45,887 nt of DNA, from assembly GCA_000442015.1 (NCBI GenBank), contig KE560841.1, positions 1 to 45,887 on the forward strand, given 5' to 3'. Both the position numbers and the translations under genes were made by a program. This document shows, in pieces, positions 36,832 through 45,887 of this stretch (position 1 is the stretch's first letter; each line of letters opens with the position of its first letter). Below the pieces are notes generated by a model, which worked only from the letters and a program-made list of their open reading frames with translations, was not told the DNA's origin and searched no databases. This DNA is from Rozella allomycis CSF55. Lineage: Eukaryota.

Positions 36832-39800
36832 TTATAGGTCAGCTATGATGCTTAGGAACTTGTCATACGTAATTTGAGCTTGCTTGTATCGTTGAACAAT
36901 TGATTCTAAATCTTTAGAGCGCTGCAAAGCACTGATAGGGTAAAATTATTAAAATTACGGGTGTTGATAAGACAAGTGCATGATTGCTTGGACGGTAGGT
37001 TTATGTGCATTAATAATAGTGGCGCGTATTAGGGCAGCCAGTGAACAATTTGATATAATGACATTGGATTGGAGTGGGCCAAAGAAAGATATCTAATAAA
37101 ACGGAATGAAAAGGTTACCTTTTGGTCGCGATAAACGTCTATCGCGAAAAGACCAGATTTTAGAGGATTGATTACAATGACAACATTTCCAAAGTCCCCT
37201 GAAATAGTGTTAGGTTTGTAAGGTTTGTTGTTTTCATTCCAAACAATGTGAATGTGATCGTTGCCGATATGGCGTTTCTTTTTTATATTTTTTGGGTCAT
37301 TATGATCAGAGGGTATCAAGGTAACGTCGTGGAACATTATTTCACAGAAAGAATCGCAATAATAAATTGAATATTTTCCTGTTGTCAAATTTCTGTCTAG
37401 ACCACCCATGTAGCCTAAATGTGATTCCAAGTCAACCTTTGTGATTACAGAGAAAACCTTTACTGTCCAGCCTAGGCTAGAAACAAACTTTCTATATGAT
37501 ATGCTTGGGTTTTGATTTGCCAGTATAGAAGATTCATATTCCTGATCTTTAGCGACATAAATCAAAGCAACTTTGACTAATTCCCTGCAAGGTTTCTTAT
37601 CAAGAGCTTTAATGTCCCGAAGAAGATTTTGGTTATCAGAAAAGATGGAAAATGAGCCTTTTCGAAAGACATCTGCGTCGAGAAACCCAAATTGACTTAG
37701 GAAAACTCTCCCAACGTTCACTTTCTTCTCAGGTACAGTAGGCGGCTCAACTTTTTCGAATGGCAGACATGTTTTAGTTTATCAAAGAAATTACTTTGAA
37801 TTTATTGTTTGAGATTCCAAATTGTTCATTCTTTCTTGGATTTCTTGGATGCTATCTTCTAGGGCCATTGGCGGGGGCAGAGTTTGGGTCAATGAAAACC
37901 CTTCCTTGATAAAGCAGTCAGGATGAGTTTCTTCAAGGCTACAATTGCAAGCTAATTTTGTTACTATTTTAAACATTCAAGTAGCATGTCGCATTTTTCA
38001 GAATTATTGGAATTTGTCCACAGGGGAATTTCACCTTTATTTCTTTTAAATCCATAATTAATTTCTTCCATTTTATTGCATTTAATATCAAATGGTTGCA
38101 ATTCGGCTGTTTTATAAGAACAGTCAGATTGAAGTGGAGTCACTGACCATGTAAATTTACCAAAGTTGTTCCTTGTGACAATTAAAATTGAATCTTCCTT
38201 GTAAACAACAGACATAATTAAAGAATCGTTGACACAAAAATGTTTGCATGCAGCAACAGGATCGTCAACCCAATTTGATCCTAATATTTCTGGAATAGGA
38301 TTAGGAAAAGAGTGTAAATGATGGGCAGCGTGCATAAAGACAAACTCTGCCAAATGTTTTAAAAGAACTTCATCATTATCTATTGTCTTTGACTTTTTGT
38401 TTTTTGTGTAATTTAAACAAAATTCAATTGCTTCGAAAAGTTGACCTTTTGTTTTCTGATTATTTAATAATTCAGGAAATTTGAAAAGCCACTTGGAAAT
38501 TTCGGAAAGTAAAGAATAGACTATCGGTTTTGATGTCTCTATGTGATGAAAAATAGCAGCCGTTAATTTCTCTATAATATTAATGGATTCTAAAATATCA
38601 AGTTTATCTATGAATAAACTGATGCAATTGACAGTCGCAGACAAGACTGATTCAACATTATTAGTGAACAGTTCATTTAATAACAATGAGAGTGTAGATT
38701 CTTTGAAGAAAATATTCTCAAGAGTCATCATTGTTATAATGAATAGGATTGACATTGAAATTTCACTATTGTCGTGTTGGCAATCCTTTGCTACAATTAA
38801 AGAAGCGTAAAGAGATTTCTATGCAAAAATGAATAAATTTGGTACTTCAAGTTCATTGTATGTGGTATCACCGCATTTTATAGAACTAAACAACTTACAA
38901 AATGAGAAGATTGAGTTTATGAGCGAAATGCAACTCTTTCTTATTGTGAATTCTTGATTTGGCTTTGTTAAAATGGTTTCAAAGTTTTTCAAATATTTGG
39001 GAATGAGAATGTTAACCCCTGGAATATCCAAAGTGAATATACTTTGTGAATGGTTTATTAGAGAATATAGAATATTTGATTCTTTGTATTCCAACCCCTC
39101 TAAATGTACAATTGAATAAGTTACTTGATTTAGAGTTAAAATCATTTTCTCTTTATATTTAAAATCAACATCTTCAATTTTTTGAGATATTATTCTGGCC
39201 AGGGTCGCAAATGCTATTGATTTACCGGGGTTGAACATTCTACAATTTCCCATGGTTCAATCCTGTTACTGTGATAGCAAAGTAGAGTCTATAATTGTGT
39301 CTATAAAGCTTGATAATTTTATTTTTGAATCCCTTGCTCCAATGTCATACTTTTTCAAAAACAATAAAATCTCGACCAGGGAAGCGATACAAGATAGTGA
39401 CTCTGAATGTATTTCTGGTCTCTTTAATTAATTGACCTCTTATTTTCTACTTGGATGTCATTGATATTTCCAATTAAATTGTAAACTTTAAACCACAGAG
39501 TATCGGTGACTTTGATGTTAAAATCCCGGAAAAGATTTTCTTCGACATCATCTAAAGATTCAACACAACTTGCAAAGAGCCCTTTTAACGAAACAATTCC
39601 GTCTGAATTCGACTTTTAAAATTTCGAAATTCTATTACGAATTCTTGAGACATTGATGGAACCATAGAATTCTTTTTCCCAGCATTAAATTGCATGTAGA
39701 GAGATACAAAATCTACTTCAAATTCATCAATAAAATATCTTCTGGTTAAATACAAGATTGATTTCTATTCTAATGACGCGAATACATTACTTTCCATTGA

Positions 39801-41448
39801 GACACTACCGCGTGCCATTTAGTGACTTGAACAACAGATCTATTCAAAAAACTCCAAATTTCATCGTTAAGTATTCCAGATCTAATCCATACGCCATAAA
39901 CAGTCTAATCAATTAAATAGTTTGTCTCTTTTACATGGATCAGAATATCACAAATTTCGTCGGCTTGAGTAGGATCAGTAATGATTGAATATTTATTGGA
40001 AGGAATTAAATGGGATTCTACAACTTTTAACAAACAATTCATCAACTTTTCCCTGTTTGTTTTCCAAGTTGATTTTTACCATGTCATTCTTTGAATATTT
40101 TCTCTTTTACAGATAGAATGAATAAATGAAAACGCTTTTTTGTATGATTTAAGTTGTTCTTTTGTTAAACCCTTTGATGGTCTGCCATCAAATATTTGAA
40201 ATACATAACCCAAATATGTTCTTAAACATGAATTGAACAATTCTTTCACATTATCACCCGAATCATTTAATTCATTTCTTAAGTTCCCTTGTTCAGCTTC
40301 ATTCAGCATAATATCTTGTTTCATATCTTCTCTGTGGCAATACTCTCCAAAACACGTTCTTATTCTTAAATACTCTAATTCCTGGGTGCTGAAGCATTAA
40401 AACTTTACTTTATTGCAAAGAATCTCAAGGAAATTAATCACAATCTCTATAGCATCAATCTTGGAAAATGGACACGATAGCCCATAGTATACCACTCGGT
40501 GTAGCTCTTCCATGCTACCCTCCATCAACTTGGCTAGCATATTAATTGACACACCGTTAGATATTCCATCTCCAAAAAATTGAGTATGTTTATTAATGAA
40601 TTCTTTTTCATCATGAAAAATCCATCCGATAAAATATTTAACAAAGACTTCTTTAATGCTGCTGTCATTCTTGTCGTTAAATGCTTTATTCATCAGAAGT
40701 TTAATAAAGGAAAAAATATATTCTAAAGATTGATCATCCATTGACTCATTGCAAAGAAACTCAAAAATATCTTCAAGCGAAGTTTTCATATCAGTTTCAA
40801 GGTTTTCATGACTGATGGCTGGTATAAACGGTTCACTTTCAATATCAATTTATATTTAATATGTTTATTACTTGACTCACCAACAATTTGATATAGCGAA
40901 GACATGAACAAGTCTGACAAATTCTTTGGAGTCTTTTCTCCACATGTTTTCAACACACTCATAATTATTTGCAACCCACTCGTTCTAATCTTCACATGCC
41001 CTTTGTACGTTAGCAATTGTCTTAAAACATTTTCTTTCTTCATAATACAGTAACTATTACCTAACTGGGAAAACCAATCATCAACGGCGCTATACACACT
41101 GTCATTGACTAACTGAAGGCAAAAATTAACCCAAAGTTGCAGAACTTTAAATAGTTTTAACACTTCTGAAAAGTCTTTGCTCGAAATGATCGTAGTTTTC
41201 GTCTCTTTAGTTTCTAATTCATCGTGATTTTATTAATTACTCTTCAACTTTTCATAACGCAATAGATAACTTTCAATGCATAACGAAAATATAAGTTGCT
41301 CATTTTCTTTGTAGAATTGTTCCATTTCCACCAAAGAAGTCGTTTCCATTAACGCAAATAGTGTAGATATTCTCATTTTCGGTTTTTGCCTTTCATCGAA
41401 AAAGTTTTTCGCCTTTTTCAACAATTTGGGATCGATTGATGTGCTCAT
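36832..41448 (-). CDS. Ral GTPase-activating protein alpha / tuberin-like protein with C-terminal Rap-GAP domain; about 16 mini-introns
   Basis: KVALIYVAKDQE, FVSSLGW, GYMGGLDRN, KKRHIGNDHIHIVWNE, GDFGNVVIVINP; exons joined in frame from ATG 41448. Confidence 0.85.
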
Positions 41449-41884
41449 GAGCCAGCCACAAAATGAGATGGAGTATTTTCAGTGAATTAGTTTTGCGCAG
41501 GTCAAGTGTCAACTATAATTCAAGAGTCCAAGACTTTAAATTGTATTAAATTTTCAAAAAAATTATTTTTCCCGGCAATTCCTAAATCCTAATTCACAGG
41601 CATTTTACTTACACGGAAGATTTCATTAAAATTTGTGGAAAACGAATTTTGTTTTCAGTTTTACATTCATGAAGACTTCAAGAGAAATTTGTCGGAGTAT
41701 CAGGTTGTTGCCTTGATCAACTCAGAACATTTAATTAATCAATAAAAAAAGTTGATATATTTTAAAAAACATTAACTAACAAAGAAACATTTATTAATGA
41801 TAACAAAATGGTACAATTAATTCTCGTTAGAGCGATGGTGTGAACCTCGACCACGTTGGCCTCTTCCACGACCCCTTCCTCTGT

Positions 41885-42027
41885 CTCTACCTCTGCGGTT
41901 ATTACTTATTATCAAGAGTTCCTGCTTTTCCGAATGTTTCTACATTCAGTCTACGACCTCTACCTCTTCGGTTGTTATCAAAAGTTCCTGCTTTTCCGAA
42001 TGTTTCTATATTCAGTCTACGATCTTC
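41885..42027. repeat. Two-copy imperfect tandem repeat (~67-76 nt period) in a decayed RG-rich reading frame
   Basis: ttatcaaRagttcctgcttttccgaatgtttctaYattcagtctacgaYct occurs twice. Confidence 0.8.
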
Positions 42028-42862
42028 TTGTAATTTTGCCTTGCGGTCAAGAGAAGCAGAGGCAATTCCCTTGATTCACATGAAATGTTAACAAAGAATG
42101 AAGTGCTCTTGTCGTAACCTTTGGAAACTAAACTTTAAATAATCGTCTTTTGGCAAGTCTTCCTTGTTAAACTTTACATCTAAGCATCGTATGATTTTGC
42201 ACTTTGATGGGCATCTACATAGATACTGCATATTTGGGCATTTCGAAAAGCATTTTGTTTCTAGCGGTTGTCATCGCTTCGATCACGTTAAAAGAGTTAA
42301 ATTTATCCGGGTTCACGCCTAGTTAGCACAAGCTCCCACCATATTGTCCGTGGTTAGGGTTTGTGCTCGCTTCTCTCGCATTCATAATTCATATGAAAAA
42401 AATGCTTTTTATAGACTATCGCCTTGACGCAAAGGCGAGACTAACAAAGATAATATATTTTTTTCACAATGTAGAACATCCGAAAAGCTTATAGAGTAGT
42501 CTTGTCTCATACGACAACTCATAAGCACTCGTTATAACGAATTGGCCGACTCAGCTTCATATAAGGTGATCAATTCTATTGTTGACAACCGCTAATTACC
42601 ATGGCAACTCCGCTTTTAGTATTACAGATTAATATTTCTAAAATTCAGTCGTATAGAACAAAATATATTGTGCAAAAGAACTGGCAGCCAATCTTGGTAA
42701 CGGCCCTAATCCTTAAACCTTTGGTAGCCCGAATGAACTAGTGCTCAAAAAAATTTATTCAACTGGGTATTGAAAGTGCTACGGCGGTCTAAAGGCAAAA
42801 GGAAATTCTTGAAAAAATGTAAGTTGATATGATCTTTGTAACGTTAACTCATTAATTTTTCT

Positions 42863-43651
42863 TTATCGGACGGGGAGGTACGACCCGGACTCCAGACAAA
42901 ATTATTGAAAATCGTGTTAACACCTGACACCATTTTCACTTCGATTACAAACTCAATTTTTACCGTTGACCAGGGTGGTTGTCGAATGGGTGTGTGTCTG
43001 TGTGTATGTCTGCTCAAAAACAAATCCATTCGATAGAGAATGTACGATATATGAAGCAATATTTTTTTGAACTCAGCAGCTCAAATATTTATTTTAATAT
43101 ATCAACATTTTTTATTGATTAATTAAATTTTCAGAATTGATCAAGGCTATGACCTGGTTCTCCAACAAATTTCTTTTAAAAGCTTCATGAATATAGTACA
43201 AAATTCGTTTTCCACGAATGTTCATGAAATCTTTCGTTTCAAGAAGAAACAAGAAAAAACAAGTACAATACCCGTGAGTTAGGAATTTCAATTCCGGGAA
43301 GAATGTTATCCAAATTCTTTTTGAAAAAGATTCGCAATCGAAAAACCTATGGAACACCATTTCTTCTTTAACTTGGCATTTCGAACACATTGCAGAAACG
43401 TCACTAAACCTTGCGAATCTTTTATTAGTTAAATATACTCCAATTCCATCATAAATTTTCCATAATAACTGATAGTAATACGAATTGGTCCCACTACCCC
43501 AAATTCCTTCCCAGATTTTTCTTGAAGCGACAACTACCCCGGTCATCGATATAAATCCCTTAAAGTGAGTGCGTAATCGAAGTGAAAATGGTGTTAACAC
43601 GATTTTCAATAATCGTGTCTGGAGTCCGGGTCGTACCTCCCCGTCCGATAA
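42863..43651. mobile_element. Inverted-repeat-bounded non-autonomous element (~90-bp arms) enclosing a zf-RVT fragment
   Basis: 42863-42955 (ttatcggacggggaggtacgacccggactccagac...) is the reverse complement of 43566-43651; TA at both outer ends. Confidence 0.75.
43112..43545 (-). pseudogene. L1/Tx1-type non-LTR retrotransposon C-terminal zinc-binding (zf-RVT) fragment
   Basis: IWEGIW...LLWKI...CSKCQVKEEMVFHRFFDC...IW pattern. Confidence 0.7.
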
Positions 43652-43765
43652 TATTTGTTAAATTANTGCCATTATTTTACTTTCAAAATAACAAAAAATA
43701 AAAAATATTTGTTAAATTAAGATTTATTCTAATTCAACCATTTTCTAAAGATTCTTGGTCCTTCA

Positions 43766-45012
43766 TTGTAATATTCGTTGTTCATTCCATTGTAGAGATT
43801 AGAGAATCAGAACCTGCCATATTTGAAGTACTTAAAATCCATTCGATAGCAAACATGTGATATATGAGGTAATATTTTTTTTGAAATCATCAGCTCAAAT
43901 ATTCGGAACGATAAAGGGAACCGAAGTTTTCACTTTGGTTGCAACTTGCTATTCGCGATTATTTTACGTTTAATATAATAAAAAATAGAACAAAACGTGT
44001 CATATTTGAAGTAATTAAAATCAAACATGTGATATATGAGGTAATATTTTTTGAAAGCATCCGCTTGATATTCGACACGAATACGATAAAGGCTCTTGCA
44101 ATTCGAAATTATTTCACGTTTAATATAATAAAAAATAAAATAATATGAATTATGAAATTGTCTTTATTTATTTAGTAAATGATGGTGCTGTCCCGGGTTT
44201 TTCATTATCATTATTCACTCATTGTAGTCATTTAGTCATGGTGATGAAATCTCAAGTAGAGATAAATCCTTGTTTCAAATTCATTATTCAAATTGGGTGT
44301 TCCTATAAGATCAATTTCAAGTCCGATTAAGCGAATTGAGAATTCATCCATTATTCTGTATTCATGGAATAAAAGAAGGGTAATTACTAAGAAGCATTTC
44401 GGGTCAACATAAGAAATTTATTCATATTACAATTTATTAGAATACCTCCCCGTCCAGTTAACGAGCACNCACTTGCAATTCGCCATTATTTTACGTTTAA
44501 TATATTAATTATTAAAAAATAGAATAATATCAATTATGAATTTGTCCTCATTTATTTAGTGAATGACGGTGCTGTCCCAGGCTAAAGAGTCTTTGTCCTT
44601 GTAATATTCGTTGTTCATTCCATAGTAGAGACTCAGACAGTACCATATTCGAAGCAATTAAAATCCATTCGATAGCAAACATGCGATATATGAGGTATTA
44701 TTTTTTTGAAATCATCAGCTCAAATATTCGGCACGATATAGGAAACCGAAGTCTTCACTACGTTTGACTTGCAACATTTTTTTACGTTTAAAATAGTAGA
44801 AAATAAAATATATTAATTATGAATTTGTCTTTATTTATTTAGTGAATGATGGTGGTGCTGTTCCGGATTTCTCATTATCAGTATTCACTCATTAGTCATA
44901 AAGTCATAATGATGAATTCTTAAATAAAGATAAAACCGTATTTCAAATTTATGACTCAAATTGGATTGTTATTATAAGTTCAATTTCAATAAAGGAATTG
45001 ATCATGGAATAA
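43766..45012. repeat. Cluster of diverged, partly overlapping AT-rich direct repeats
   Basis: Blocks such as caaacatgYgatatatgaggta..ttttttgaaa (x3, plus a partial copy near 43046) and attatgaa..tgtc..tatttatttagt.aatga.ggtgctgt (x3). Confidence 0.8.
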
Positions 45013-45631
45013 ATGGTACGGGACGTGAAAACTTTCCTAACGTGTTGTCACCGGCTTTATCTGAATAAGACCGGGTTTGTTATACGATTCCATACTCTAG
45101 TCTCTCACATAAGATTAATGAATAATATATGTAATTATTGCGCCGCCAAAAAATTCAGTACGNGCACTCACTAGTTCGAATCTCGTCCTGCCCAACAGTT
45201 GATGGTGTCGACGAAACAAATAATGTTGATGAAGGTAAGGCTCGCCAAATCCAAAAAAATTTTAAATAAGTTTCCCTAAATGGTACACAAATTATACTCT
45301 TTACATAGCATCATCATATGTCATGGCCAAAAAATTTTGGGGGGCTCGAGCAGAAGCCCATTTAAAGAAATTGAAAAATCGCCCATTAAGAAGTTCCAAG
45401 ACAGTTATAAGTTTTGACGAGCGCAGTGAAGATGAGAAAGACTTGTCCGAGCAGGAAATAGTTTTGGAACAAAAAAGAAAATTAATTGAAAAATATGGTG
45501 AAAATAGTGCTGGTAAATACTAAATATATAGTTTTGTAGTTGGTCAAATTGATCATAATAAAAGAAAAATTGAAAGTATTGAAGCTTCCTTGCCCTCATC
45601 ACCAAATTCCAAAATTACGAAAAATTCTAAA

Positions 45632-45887
45632 ATGAGCAAAAAATCAAAAATTTGGGATCACTTTACATTTGTTAAGGTCGAAAAATGAGTGAGCACGGCC
45701 CTTGATAACACAGACCTGTCACCTTCTAGGTCACAAATGGAACATGAAAACAATACTTCGACCTCTATAAGTTATCATATTGCGTGCAAACTTTGTGGTC
45801 AAAAGTATCGCCAAAATACCGCGACCACAAATCTTTTAAGGCACGAAACTGCCAACCATGACAAGCCGGAATCAAAAAAGCTAAGCC
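45632..45887 (+). pseudogene. BED zinc finger, probably the N-terminus of a hAT-type transposase, with in-frame TGA at 45686; runs off the window
   Basis: MSKKSKIWDHF...ACKLCGQKY...ATTNLLRHETANH read in one frame. Confidence 0.75.

Noticed and set aside
5231-39431. Many antisense ORFs (e.g. 8327-8797+, 10569-10901+, 25400-25762-, 32139-32576-)
   Set aside because: Shadows of real genes on the opposite strand with no independent motifs.
5619-41448. Fragmented ORFs suggesting pseudogenes, frameshifting or an alternative genetic code
   Set aside because: All breaks except 9395-9397 are explained by 26-31-nt introns under the standard code.
4889-41448. U12-type (minor) introns as the explanation for non-AG acceptors
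   Set aside because: None has the RTATCCTT donor or TCCTTAAC branch site.
41830-42280. Minus-strand Cys-rich and RG-rich remnant (CRCPSKCKIIRC, RGRDRGRGRG)
   Set aside because: Interrupted by stops and frameshifts; probably TE debris, not assignable.
43766-45012. Repeat cluster as a CRISPR-like array
   Set aside because: Units are long, irregular and diverged, with no constant repeat-spacer period; eukaryotic context.
45164-45195. tRNA-like T-arm and acceptor (actagttcgaatctcgtcctgccca)
   Set aside because: 5' half lost at N45163 and the T-stem has a mismatch; cannot call a tRNA.

Overview
AT-rich, very gene-dense eukaryotic DNA from a flagellated opisthokont, most likely an early-diverging fungus or relative (Rozella-like; this is inference from ciliary genes, fungal-type myosin V and compactness). 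A core of about 14 protein genes (3.9-41.4 kb) is flanked by transposon debris: a Ty3/gypsy chromovirus on the left; an inverted-repeat element, AT-rich repeats and a BED-finger remnant on the right. The core includes TRM9, a ~12.5-kb ASH/Hydin-like gene, AHA1, a FAM13-like RhoGAP, myosin V, an intronless signal-peptide GTPase, C2CD3-like, NSL1, LEO1, UBC13, LRRC34-like and RalGAP-alpha-like genes. The most striking signal is the splicing system. The roughly 85 introns I reconstructed by hand are 26-31 nt with GTA donors, and AGs closer than 26 nt are skipped. Up to four introns appear to use a TG acceptor. The only long intron (115 nt, myosin V tail, 21216-21330) is four complete 27-30-nt GT..AG mini-introns stacked with zero-length exons, which suggests recursive splicing by a length-constrained spliceosome. 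All gene models are manual inferences without RNA data.
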